Source: Zymomonas mobilis subsp. mobilis ATCC 10988 (lineage in GTDB: Bacteria; Pseudomonadota; Alphaproteobacteria; Sphingomonadales; Sphingomonadaceae). From it: a DNA stretch of 32,000 nt. The DNA is taken from the NCBI RefSeq assembly GCF_000175255.2, contig NC_017262.1:1920001-1952000 (forward strand), read 5' to 3'. This document shows positions 1 to 9,280 of this stretch, piece by piece; position 1 is the stretch's first letter, and each line of letters opens with the position of its first letter. Position numbers and translations under genes: made by a program. The notes under the pieces were generated by a model, which saw only the letters and a program-made list of their open reading frames with translations, did no database searches and had not been told where the DNA came from.

Positions 1-1
1 A

Positions 2-817
2 GATGGCGCGACTGATCTCACTGCCTTAGCTTTGGACAAACATTTCGATCTCAAGCACAGCTATTGGATTTTTACAGGTATCTCCGGCGTAAATCCCAAT
101 CTTGCCTCTGTTGGGAGTGTCGCATGGTCACGATGGGTCGTTGACGGGGACGCACTTCGTGAAATTGATGATCGGGACATCCCAAAAGATTGGCCATATG
201 GATTATATGCTATTGGCGCGGATAGACCTGATAGCCTTCCAGTGGATCCTAATCATTACGGATCGGTCACAGATGTCGCCCAATTAACCAAAGCCTATCC
301 TCTTAACCGAGGATTAGAACAATGGGCTTACACAATCAGCCGAAATGTTCCCTTAAAAGATGATCCCGTGATTGCCCGCCAACGGCAAAAATGGACAGAT
401 TACCCTTATGCTCAAAAAGCGCCGATGATTTTGGAAGGCGAAACACTTGGCGCGCATCGCTATTGGCATGGTGAAAGACGCAATCAATGGGCAGAAAACT
501 GGGTTAAATTATGGACGAAAGGGCAGGGACGTTTCGTCATGACCAATGAAGAAAGCCAGATCAACCAGCGTGAAATGCGCGTTTTAGCCCAATTAGGTTA
601 TATTGATCCCGACCGTATTCTTGTGCTTCGTTCGGGCAGTAATTTCAGTATGCCACCCAAAGGAGTCGCTATTACAGACTCCATGGGTGACGAAGAATCC
701 GGCCAAGTGATCGCCTTTGACAATAACGAAAGAGCCGGAGAACCCGTTGTCAAAGAATTGGTCAAAAATTGGAATAAATATTTCACCCAACTTCCTGATA
801 GTAGATTTCAATTTTAA
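2..817 (+). CDS. Purine nucleoside permease (NUP) family protein, 5' truncated by window edge
   Basis: The ORF is open upstream of the annotated TTG (reads DGATDLTALALDKHFDLKHSYWIFTGISGVNPNLASVGSVAWSRWVVDGD), so the real start lies before the window. The GISGVNP..ASVGS.AW.R.VVDGDL.EID..D.P.DWPYG-type pattern is typical of NUP proteins. Confidence 0.85.
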   Translation, partial: DGATDLTALALDKHFDLKHSYWIFTGISGVNPNLASVGSVAWSRWVVDGDALREIDDRDIPKDWPYGLYAIGADRPDSLPVDPNHYGSVTDVAQLTKAYPLNRGLEQWAYTISRNVPLKDDPVIARQRQKWTDYPYAQKAPMILEGETLGAHRYWHGERRNQWAENWVKLWTKGQGRFVMTNEESQINQREMRVLAQLGYIDPDRILVLRSGSNFSMPPKGVAITDSMGDEESGQVIAFDNNERAGEPVVKELVKNWNKYFTQLPDSRFQF

Positions 818-830
818 AATAATAATTGTT

Positions 831-1652
831 CTAGTTAATGGAAATGTGTTTTCGAACAATCCTTAAAGATAAAAGTCCAATCAAAGTTAGCACACTACAG
901 GATAGAGAAAGATACCCGAAGTGAAAATAATGACCGCTTGCTGACTCAAATTGACCATATCTAACCATCTCTGTGCATTCAGCTAGCGGAACCCATTCTA
1001 GCCATGTACGATAAGGATTGGGTATCCATTCAAGCATAAAAAAAATGGCAGATATAGGTAAACAAAAATATGTCATGGGATGAATTAAACGTTCAACAGT
1101 TGCATTTTCATAGGTAATTGCACATACTATAATAGAGGTAGCTAGGGATAGCCAAGTCATATAAACTTGACCAAGCAAGAGATAAATAGGTCTTACTGGG
1201 AGAGTCCCTAATCCGATGCAATAAGACAAAAATAGCAGAATAATAACGCTGCACATAATACCGGCAGCCTCTAAGATAACACGAGCAAATAACATATCAA
1301 ATAAACTAACCATTCTATGGTAAAGTAAGGGTGCATTCGCTTCAACTGTACCCGCTGATCTATTTACAATGTTTCTAAAGATAATAAATGTACCGTATCC
1401 AACAATTGCAAAAGGAATAGGCCTAATATCTGTCATTGAAAATGCGGTTTCTTTCGAACCAGCATGGAGTATACCAATTCCTGTTGCAAACAGCATTGGC
1501 TCAAGAATTATCCAGAGATAACCAATATTTTCCCGACCATAGCGAGTATGTAATTCCCTTAAGATAAGAGCGCCTATAACCCGGAATTGAACTTTTAAAC
1601 CGCAGAAGAAATGTGTAATTTTATTACCATCAAATTCCATGTTTTTTTCCAA
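831..1652 (-). CDS. ABC-2 type polysaccharide export permease (KpsM/CtrC/Wzm-like)
   Basis: 273 aa with about 6 hydrophobic segments. The N-terminus LILRELHTRYGRENIGYLWIILEPM is characteristic of capsule/O-antigen ABC permeases. An alternative start is Met5 at 1640. Confidence 0.88.
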   Translation of the reverse strand: MEKNMEFDGNKITHFFCGLKVQFRVIGALILRELHTRYGRENIGYLWIILEPMLFATGIGILHAGSKETAFSMTDIRPIPFAIVGYGTFIIFRNIVNRSAGTVEANAPLLYHRMVSLFDMLFARVILEAAGIMCSVIILLFLSYCIGLGTLPVRPIYLLLGQVYMTWLSLATSIIVCAITYENATVERLIHPMTYFCLPISAIFFMLEWIPNPYRTWLEWVPLAECTEMVRYGQFESASGHYFHFGYLSLSCSVLTLIGLLSLRIVRKHISIN

Positions 1653-1671
1653 AAAATGAATATATTAGTGG

Positions 1672-2565
1672 CTAATTTTTATTAAAAATCTCTGAAATAG
1701 TTTTTTTAATACTGCTTCTCCAATAAGGTAATCTTATTCCAAATATATCTTTAAATTTTTTACAATCGAGACAAGAGTTTTTGGGGCGCTTAGCTAATGT
1801 AGGCCAATCTGAAGTAAAAATAGGTGTTAATTTTGGTAATAATAATCCATAATTTTTAGACTCTTCTAATATAATTTTAGCAAATTCATACCATGAAGCA
1901 GATCCTGTGCCACTAACATTATAGATTCCCTGACATTTCTTCGGGCTTTTATAAAAAATTTGAGGGATGATGTGAATAATAGCATTTGCCAAGTCGTCAG
2001 AATTGGTTGGATTACCATATTGATCAGCTACAACTTTTAGAGAAGATTGTTTTTTTGAAGCATTAATAATTTTACAAACAAAATTTTCTCCACAGGATGA
2101 GTAAACCCAAGAAGTTCGAAGAATGATACTGTTAGGATTTTCAGATAGAACAGCCAATTCACCTGCTGCCTTACTCCGTCCATAGACTGTTTGCGGTTTA
2201 ATTGGATCTGTCTCGATGTAAGGGCTGCCTTTTTTACCGTCATAGACGTAATCTGTTGAAATATGGATTAGAGGAATCTGTATGTTATTACATACGTGAG
2301 CTAGCTCTTTGGCTCCTAAGTAGTTGATTTGCATTGCTGCTTTTTTTTGTTTTTCCGCAAGATCTACTGCAGTCCATGCTGCTGTATTTATAATTATACG
2401 CGGTTTATGTCTTTTTATAATTTCCAAGATAGAATCTAAATAATTAAAGTCTAAAATAGGTCGACCTATACAAGTAATACTTTCTTTACCTAATTTAGAT
2501 AAAGAAGTAGCCAGCTGACCATTCCTACCAATTACAAGGATACTATTTTCAAAATTACTGATCAT
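1672..2565 (-). CDS. rfbD: dTDP-4-dehydrorhamnose reductase
   Basis: SDR-type NxxGQLATSL motif, HISTDYVYDGKKGSPYIETD, YGRSKAAGE, RTSWVYS. The ORF extends to 2640, but Met26 at 2565 fits better because it avoids overlap with rfbC. Confidence 0.93.
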   Translation of the reverse strand: MISNFENSILVIGRNGQLATSLSKLGKESITCIGRPILDFNYLDSILEIIKRHKPRIIINTAAWTAVDLAEKQKKAAMQINYLGAKELAHVCNNIQIPLIHISTDYVYDGKKGSPYIETDPIKPQTVYGRSKAAGELAVLSENPNSIILRTSWVYSSCGENFVCKIINASKKQSSLKVVADQYGNPTNSDDLANAIIHIIPQIFYKSPKKCQGIYNVSGTGSASWYEFAKIILEESKNYGLLLPKLTPIFTSDWPTLAKRPKNSCLDCKKFKDIFGIRLPYWRSSIKKTISEIFNKN

Positions 2566-2569
2566 TATG

Positions 2570-3121
2570 TCAAAACCACTTTTTAGTTTCGTCAAATGAC
2601 GGAGCGGTTTTATCTTTCTCTGATAATAGGATCTCAGCATGATTAATTGGCCAAGGTATATTTAATCGATGACAATTCCAAATTACAGCTCGCTCTGAAG
2701 CTTTATTATAAAAGCTAGTACATTTATATTGCACTTCTGTATTTTCAGTAAGTGTTACAAAGCCATGAAGAAAACCAGGTGGAATCCAAATCTGAGACCA
2801 ATTCTCTTCAGAAATTTCAGCAGCGACCCACTTCCCATAAGTTGGTGATCCAAAACGCGCATCAACTGCAACATCCCAGATCGCGCCTTTGGGACAACGG
2901 ACTAATTTACCTTGTATATAGGGAGATATCTGACAGTGAAGACCTCTAACTACGCCCTTATTTCGTGATAAGCTTTGATTATCTTGAACAAAAGGGGTAT
3001 CAATTCCCATTTTCTTCATAGAATTTTCATTATATGTCTCTGAAAAAAAACCTCTACTATCAATATATTTAGGAGGTGCTATCACAATAACTTCAGGAAT
3101 AGATAATCTTTTAAATTGCAT
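2570..3121 (-). CDS. rfbC: dTDP-4-dehydrorhamnose 3,5-epimerase
   Basis: DSRGFFSETYN, FVQDNQSLSRNKGVVRGLHCQ, QGKLVRCPKGAIWDVAVD, WIPPGFLHGFVTLTE. Confidence 0.96.
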   Translation of the reverse strand: MQFKRLSIPEVIVIAPPKYIDSRGFFSETYNENSMKKMGIDTPFVQDNQSLSRNKGVVRGLHCQISPYIQGKLVRCPKGAIWDVAVDARFGSPTYGKWVAAEISEENWSQIWIPPGFLHGFVTLTENTEVQYKCTSFYNKASERAVIWNCHRLNIPWPINHAEILLSEKDKTAPSFDETKKWF

Positions 3122-3135
3122 TTAATTTACCTTTT

Positions 3136-4026
3136 TTAATTTTTCTTAGTCAAATCGAATAACATTCTACTTAGATTGGTTTTTTTCATTTGATCTATAA
3201 GTTTTAGAAGCTCGTCTGTGTCAATATATCCCATATGGAATGCTACTTCTTCTGGGGATCCTACTAACATACCTTGCCGAGATTGAATGGTTTGAACAAA
3301 ATTACTTGCCTGCATCAAGCTGTCAGGTGTGCCAGCATCAAGCCATGCGCATCCTTTTCCTAGTTGATCTACCTGCAGCATACCTTCTTCAAGGTATATC
3401 TTGTTAAGATCTGTAATCTCTAACTCACCTCGATCACTTGGTCTTACTTTTTTTGCAAATTCGACGACATTGTTATCATAAAAATATAACCCAGTAACGG
3501 CCCAATTTGATTGAGGATACTCAGGTTTCTCTACTAGATCTATCGCTTTCCCTTTATTATCAAAGGAAATGACGCCATAACGCTCAGGGTCACGGACTTG
3601 GTATGCAAAAATGGTTGCGCCATGCTGCCGTTTCGCTGCTTTTTGTAATAAATCACCTATGTGATCTGTAAAAATAAGATTATCTCCAAGTGCTAAAGCA
3701 CAAGGTGCTCCATTTAGCCAATCTTCTCCGATAATAAAGGCTTGAGCCAGTCCATCAGGAGATGGTTGTGCTCGATATTCGAAATGAACACCAAATTGGG
3801 AACCATCACCTAATAAACGCTGGAATTGATCCATATCGTGCGGTGTCGTGATAATCATAATATCACGGATTCCCGCTAACATTAACGTCGAAAGAGGATA
3901 ATATATCATCGGTTTGTCGTAGACTGGCAGTAGCTGTTTACAAGTCGCAAATGTGATAGGATGTAGACGTGATCCCGTTCCTCCAGCTAGAATAATACCC
4001 TTCATTGGGTTTTTATTATCGGACAT
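3136..4026 (-). CDS. rfbA: Glucose-1-phosphate thymidylyltransferase
   Basis: [46 protein letters not shown] signature. The ORF opens at 4086, but the likely start is ATG at 4026 (TAATG overlap with the rfbB stop) or 4005. Confidence 0.96.
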   Translation of the reverse strand: MSDNKNPMKGIILAGGTGSRLHPITFATCKQLLPVYDKPMIYYPLSTLMLAGIRDIMIITTPHDMDQFQRLLGDGSQFGVHFEYRAQPSPDGLAQAFIIGEDWLNGAPCALALGDNLIFTDHIGDLLQKAAKRQHGATIFAYQVRDPERYGVISFDNKGKAIDLVEKPEYPQSNWAVTGLYFYDNNVVEFAKKVRPSDRGELEITDLNKIYLEEGMLQVDQLGKGCAWLDAGTPDSLMQASNFVQTIQSRQGMLVGSPEEVAFHMGYIDTDELLKLIDQMKKTNLSRMLFDLTKKN

Positions 4027-5078
4027 TAATTTGTTTCTCCTAAGCGTTGATCTGCGCATCTCTGATCTAGAATCTTCTGCCACCACATTCGGTTATCTAA
4101 ATACCATTGAATTGTTTTCCTGATGCCTGCTTCAAAATTATGTTTAGCCTTCCAACCTAATTTTTGTTCTGCATAGGTAGGATCAATTTCATAACGAAAG
4201 TCATGACCAGGTCTATCTGCAACATAACGGATTAGTTGTCTTCGTGCCCCTTCAGGGGTAGGCTGTATTTCATCTAATATATCGCAAATAGCTTCTACGA
4301 CTTGGAGGTTCGTTCGTGGTTGACGTGCGCCAATTGTATAAGTATCACCGGGCTCACCATATTCTATGGCTTTTACTAACGCCTCTGCATGATCTTCTAC
4401 AAATAGCCAATCTCTAATATTTGTCCCGTCACCATAAACCGGAAGCTCTTTCCCATGGATCGCATTAAGCGTTATAAGTGGAATTAATTTTTCTGGAAAA
4501 TGCCATGGACCATAGTTATTAGCTGTATTTGTAATAAACGTGGGTAACCCATAAGTATCCCGCCACGCGCGGACTAGATGATCTGACGATGCTTTTGACG
4601 CAGAATAGGGGCTGCGAGGATTATAAGGGCTTTGTCTCGTGAATGGTTTGTCATTTATGTCTAGATGACCAAAAACTTCATCCGTTGAAATATGATGAAA
4701 TTTAAATATTTTTTTTGATTTATTTAATTTTTCCCAATATTTTCGAGAACACTCTAATAAGTTATATGTTCCCAAGATATTGGTTTCTATGAATTTTTCT
4801 GGTTTTTCTATCGATCTATCAACATGACTTTCCGCAGCTAAATGCATTACTGCATCGGGATGATATTTTTCAAAAATTTTATCTAATTCTAATGTATTAT
4901 TAATATTAATATTTTCATGTCGATAGCGATCACATGTAGATACCTGAGTTACAGCCTCTTTTGATGCTGCATATGTCATACAATCTACGTTAATAACGCT
5001 ATGTTCAGTGTATTTAATTAAATATCTAATAACGGCTGATCCAATAAAACCACACCCGCCTGTTAACAAAATAACCAT
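4026..5078 (-). CDS. rfbB: dTDP-glucose 4,6-dehydratase
   Basis: [70 protein letters not shown]. Confidence 0.96.
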   Translation of the reverse strand: MVILLTGGCGFIGSAVIRYLIKYTEHSVINVDCMTYAASKEAVTQVSTCDRYRHENININNTLELDKIFEKYHPDAVMHLAAESHVDRSIEKPEKFIETNILGTYNLLECSRKYWEKLNKSKKIFKFHHISTDEVFGHLDINDKPFTRQSPYNPRSPYSASKASSDHLVRAWRDTYGLPTFITNTANNYGPWHFPEKLIPLITLNAIHGKELPVYGDGTNIRDWLFVEDHAEALVKAIEYGEPGDTYTIGARQPRTNLQVVEAICDILDEIQPTPEGARRQLIRYVADRPGHDFRYEIDPTYAEQKLGWKAKHNFEAGIRKTIQWYLDNRMWWQKILDQRCADQRLGETN

Positions 5079-5115
5079 GTTTTATTGCCTTTTTTGAATT
5101 TTTTTATAAATAAAA

Positions 5116-6519
5116 TTAATGCGTTTCTTTCCATGCTCTCAAGGCTCTATCCCGACCTTCTTCATGGGCAATAATCGGCAGTGGATAATTGGCAGGCTGT
5201 TTATCTGCTTTCCATGGCGTATGGATAAAAGCAGTTGATACATCCGCTAATTCCTTGACCCATTCACGAATATATTGCCCATCAGGATCAAATTTTTGTG
5301 ATTGTAAGATAGGATTCATTATCCTGAAATAAGGCGCAGATTCAATGCCGCTTCCTGCAACCCATTGCCAGTTTGTCGCATTACAGGCCGGATCATAATC
5401 AACCAAGGTTTGGGCGAACCATTTTTCACCCTCGCGCCAATCAATCAACAAATGTTTAACGAGGAAGGAAGCTGTCACCATTCGCAGCCGATTGGGCATG
5501 AAGCCCGTTTGCCATAACGCTCGCATACCCGCATCAATGAAAGGATATCCTGTCTGTCCTTCTTTCCAACGTTGCAAATTGTCGGAAGCCTTTTTCCAGG
5601 GCATTTTATCAAATTCAGGGCGCAAATTATGCTGATTTAAATCGGGATGCTCCCATAAAACCGACCACGCAAATTCTCTCCAGCCTAATTCTGCCAGAAA
5701 TTTGCTCGTCCCTTCACCAGAACCGTTTTTTGTGACTTCATGCCATATCTGTTTTGAGGATATTTGTCCGCTTCTTAAAAAAGCTGATAGTAAAGATGTC
5801 CCATCTTTGGCAGGGAAATCCCTCTCTTTGGCATAATGCGCGAGATCATTTTCAATAAATGATTTTAACTGCTTATGAGCTTCATTTTCTCCAAAGCGAT
5901 GGCTCTGCTTTAACTTGATCTTCCATGAAGAATCCTGCGTTTCCTTAGCTAAGATCGCTATATCTTTATAGCCCAAGCAATGCCGAATTTCCCTAGTGGA
6001 AAAGACCCAATTTTCAGGACAAGGCAAAACTGCCTGAATATTCATATAGCGCTGTACTGCTCGCCAATAGGCAGAAAATATTCGGAAGGGCTGCCCCTTA
6101 TCGTTTTTTACAGTCCATGGCTCATTTAAAAGATTATTGGGAAAGCTTTGAACCTCAAGCCCCATAGCTCTAATTGATTTCTTTAAAATCTGGTCAGTCT
6201 CTTTCCCCTTGAAATCATATCGCCTATTCCAAAACAGCTTACAGGCATGAGATTGCTGCACAATTTCGGGGATTATTTTTTCAGCATCGCCCTCAAAAAG
6301 ATGAAGTTGCCCTCCTTTTTCCTTTAATTGTCGATTCAAGGCTAAAAGGCTTTCGGCTACCCACCAATCTGCTGCGCTTTCCGTTTTTGCGTCAGCGCTT
6401 TCCTGTATGTAAAAACAGATAACAGGATTCCGACTTTGAATTGCCGCAGTGACCGCTGCATTATCACGCAGACGAAAATCATGACGAAACCATATCAAAA
6501 TAGGGCGGGTATCACTCAT
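5116..6519 (-). CDS. phrB: Deoxyribodipyrimidine photolyase (class I CPD photolyase/cryptochrome family)
   Basis: WFRHDFRLRDNAAV at the N-terminus; FLAELGWREFAWSVLWEHPDL, FPFIDAGMRALWQTGFMPNRLRMVTASFLVKHLLIDWREGEKWFAQTLVDYDPACNATNWQWVAGSG at the C-terminus. The ORF extends to 6552; Met12 at 6519 is the likely start. Confidence 0.96.
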   Translation of the reverse strand: MSDTRPILIWFRHDFRLRDNAAVTAAIQSRNPVICFYIQESADAKTESAADWWVAESLLALNRQLKEKGGQLHLFEGDAEKIIPEIVQQSHACKLFWNRRYDFKGKETDQILKKSIRAMGLEVQSFPNNLLNEPWTVKNDKGQPFRIFSAYWRAVQRYMNIQAVLPCPENWVFSTREIRHCLGYKDIAILAKETQDSSWKIKLKQSHRFGENEAHKQLKSFIENDLAHYAKERDFPAKDGTSLLSAFLRSGQISSKQIWHEVTKNGSGEGTSKFLAELGWREFAWSVLWEHPDLNQHNLRPEFDKMPWKKASDNLQRWKEGQTGYPFIDAGMRALWQTGFMPNRLRMVTASFLVKHLLIDWREGEKWFAQTLVDYDPACNATNWQWVAGSGIESAPYFRIMNPILQSQKFDPDGQYIREWVKELADVSTAFIHTPWKADKQPANYPLPIIAHEEGRDRALRAWKETH

Positions 6520-6937
6520 AAATAGCGTGCTTCCATTTTTTGCGAAAAACAATCATCGATGTTTGGGGATATCTCTTAACAGCTTTTTTAAGATAACATG
6601 TCTTTCTTGCTGAAACAAAAATAGAATACCCTAAAAATAATTTATAATTTAATAAAAACACAAATATATATTAAAAATATTTACTAAATATTATTTAATA
6701 TATAGAAAATAAAATTTCTAGGTTAATTATGTTTTTATTTAAAAAACTTAATTTTATAATTATGAGTTATATAATAAAATCCCAAGAGGCACTTCTGGAT
6801 TTTTAAGATAATTTATATTATATAAATCTCATTCTATTCCTTGCCGGAACAATCTTTCCGGCCAAAGCTTCCTCTTCTTAAGAGAAGGATAAATCACACG
6901 CGCGTTTTGCGCCTATTACATTTCAAGGAGACAGATT

Positions 6938-8449
6938 ATGACAGCAACCGCTGAATCAAAAACAGCTATCAAGCTTAATGAAAAAGCACTGGCAAATCTT
7001 GATCCTAAACGGGTAAAAATTTTCAAATATGACCGTTCCAAGGTGACGGCAGGTATCGCTCATATCGGGGTCGGGAATTTTCATCGCGCGCATCAGGCAC
7101 GGTATATTGATGACTGCTTGGCTATTCCGGGCAATGAAAGCTGGGGGATCGTTGGCATTAGCCTCGGAGACCGCCCTTCTTCGAAAGCCAAAGCCAAAGC
7201 GATGAAAGATCAGGACTGTCTCTACACGCTGACCGAATATGATGCGAAGGGTAAGCCTTCAACCCGTATTATTGGTTCTATTATCCAATATCTCCATGCC
7301 CCTGAAGATCCTGAAACGACGATGACGATGCTGGTTGATCCGGCGATCCGTATCGTTTCAATGACCATCACAGAAGGGGGCTATCATCTGGATAGTGAAG
7401 GTAATTTCCAATCCGATGCCGAAGCCGTTCAAGCTGATTTAAAAGACCCAGAACATCCCAAGGATACCTTTGGCTATATTGTTGAAGCCTTGGCACGCCG
7501 CCGGAAAGCGGGCACGGAACCCTTCACTGTATTTTCTTGCGATAACCAACGCGGCAATGGTGATGTCGCCAAACAAGCGGTTCTGAGCTTTGCTCGATTG
7601 CGCGATCCCGAATTGGCAGAATGGATCGAAAAAAATGTCAGCTTTCCCAATAGCATGGTTGACCGGATTGCGCCGACAGTCACAGAAGAAGAAGCTGAAG
7701 CCGTCAGAAAACTTACTGGTATCGACGACCAATCGCCTGTTATTGCCGAAAATTTCTCACAATGGGTTATAAAAGACGAATTTTGTAATGGTCGTCCGCC
7801 TTTTGAAAAGGTCGGTGCCGAATTTACTCAAAATGTTGCCCCTTACGAGCATATGAAAGGGCGGATGCTTAACGCATCCCACACGGCGATTGCTCTTCCG
7901 GGGGTAGTTGCTGGCTATGAATATGTTCATGAAGCCTTGGGCGATCCTGAAATTCATCGGCTGGTTTACGACTTCATGACCAAAGATGTTATTCCGGTTA
8001 CGAAAGGGCCTGATGGCATTTCTCTGACGGATTACCGTGATATGGTTTTAAGTCGTTTCAGCAATCCAGCCTTAAAAGATCAACTGGTTCGTATCGCGGG
8101 TGATAGTGCGAATAAATTGCCAACTTTCTTACTGCCTACCATTAACGAACATACCGAAGACGAAGATACCAGCAGTCGCGATTTACGTCGTATGGCCTTT
8201 ATTCTGGCCTGTTTCCGTCGTTATCTTCGCGGTATTGACGATAAAGGCCATAAATTCACACCTATAGAGCCTCATATTTCCAAGGAAGAACGCGCCGAAT
8301 GGGGCAGTGAAAACACCGAAGGCTTTTTGAATTGTCGTATTCTGGAATCTCTGGGGTTGGCTGATAATGAAGCCTTTGTGAAAGCCTTTAATCACGCCGT
8401 TTCCTTACTTAAACCGCAAGGGGTTTTGGGTGCGCTAAGACATCTTTAG
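6938..8449 (+). CDS. Mannitol 2-dehydrogenase / long-chain polyol dehydrogenase family (probable fructose-to-mannitol interconversion)
   Basis: 503 aa. AHIGVGNFHRAHQARYIDD, EGGYH, KDEFCNGRPPFEKVGAEFTQNVAPYEHMKGRMLNASHTA are hallmarks of mannitol/fructuronate dehydrogenases. Sugar specificity is not determinable from sequence alone. Confidence 0.93.
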   Translation: MTATAESKTAIKLNEKALANLDPKRVKIFKYDRSKVTAGIAHIGVGNFHRAHQARYIDDCLAIPGNESWGIVGISLGDRPSSKAKAKAMKDQDCLYTLTEYDAKGKPSTRIIGSIIQYLHAPEDPETTMTMLVDPAIRIVSMTITEGGYHLDSEGNFQSDAEAVQADLKDPEHPKDTFGYIVEALARRRKAGTEPFTVFSCDNQRGNGDVAKQAVLSFARLRDPELAEWIEKNVSFPNSMVDRIAPTVTEEEAEAVRKLTGIDDQSPVIAENFSQWVIKDEFCNGRPPFEKVGAEFTQNVAPYEHMKGRMLNASHTAIALPGVVAGYEYVHEALGDPEIHRLVYDFMTKDVIPVTKGPDGISLTDYRDMVLSRFSNPALKDQLVRIAGDSANKLPTFLLPTINEHTEDEDTSSRDLRRMAFILACFRRYLRGIDDKGHKFTPIEPHISKEERAEWGSENTEGFLNCRILESLGLADNEAFVKAFNHAVSLLKPQGVLGALRHL

Positions 8450-8473
8450 GTCAGGCAAAAACTAGATAATCTA

Positions 8474-8505
8474 AAAAGGGTGTCTGTTTCGACACCCTTT
8501 TCTTT
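8474..8505 (+). terminator. Rho-independent terminator downstream of the mannitol dehydrogenase gene
   Basis: Inverted repeat AAAAGGGTGTC / GACACCCTTTT separated by a 6-nt loop and followed by a T-rich run, about 25 bp after the stop codon. Confidence 0.85.
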
Positions 8506-8683
8506 ATTAAAATATCGACCAGTCAAAACCGCGATATTCTGGGGTAGATAAATATAAAATTAATCCAAAAGCGTTATATAAAGACCAACTGCTTTAGGAT
8601 ATTGGCCTAAGATCAATATTATAATAGCAAAAATTGGTGTTATTGCCTCCCTTGGTTATTGTGCCATAACAGGAATAGAAGCT

Positions 8684-9076
8684 GTGTCGGTGACTGATAA
8701 GAATGACTTGAATATCGGAACAAGCCTTCAACAGATGCAGTATATTGCTGATTTTCTTCAGAAATGGTGCGCAGAAAAACAGGCAAGACAAGCACTCGAC
8801 ATGCCAAACGGGCAACAATATGAGCCTTATGAAACGGAAATCTTTTCTAACGATCAGGTGAAAGAACTCAATCAAGCCTATCAAAAAGCTTCGGATCTAT
8901 TGGCTTACCAACTCAAAATATTGCTAGATGAATGCCTTAATATGGCACAAGCGGGGATAGAGGTGCTTATAAAAGCCCGCCAAGCTGGTGCGTCTCCGGC
9001 TTTAGCTGCCGGAAGTTTGGCTTCTGCCATAGAAAGAGACCTGAAAAGAATGCAGTCTTTGCTGCTTTCTAAATAA
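8684..9076 (+). CDS. Hypothetical 130-aa protein, predicted mostly alpha-helical
   Basis: GTG-initiated ORF with plausible composition (helical, charged, Ala/Gln/Leu-rich), occupying an otherwise empty gap before tRNA-Pro. No family recognised. Confidence 0.6.
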   Translation: MSVTDKNDLNIGTSLQQMQYIADFLQKWCAEKQARQALDMPNGQQYEPYETEIFSNDQVKELNQAYQKASDLLAYQLKILLDECLNMAQAGIEVLIKARQAGASPALAAGSLASAIERDLKRMQSLLLSK

Positions 9077-9130
9077 TATTATGCTTTTGTGATTGACTAT
9101 CATCAAAAATTCATTAAGGAAGACAGCGAT

Positions 9131-9209
<79 letters not shown>

Positions 9210-9280
9210 CCTTTCTATTAAAATCTTTTTTCAGATCAGTATCTGATCGCTTCAGAAAAAAACGGCTTTTCCTTTAAAAT

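Noticed and set aside
8594-8884. 96-aa minus-strand ORF overlapping the 130-aa hypothetical
   Set aside because: Runs antisense across an intergenic region and part of a more convincing plus-strand ORF; no recognised domain, though I cannot exclude it completely.
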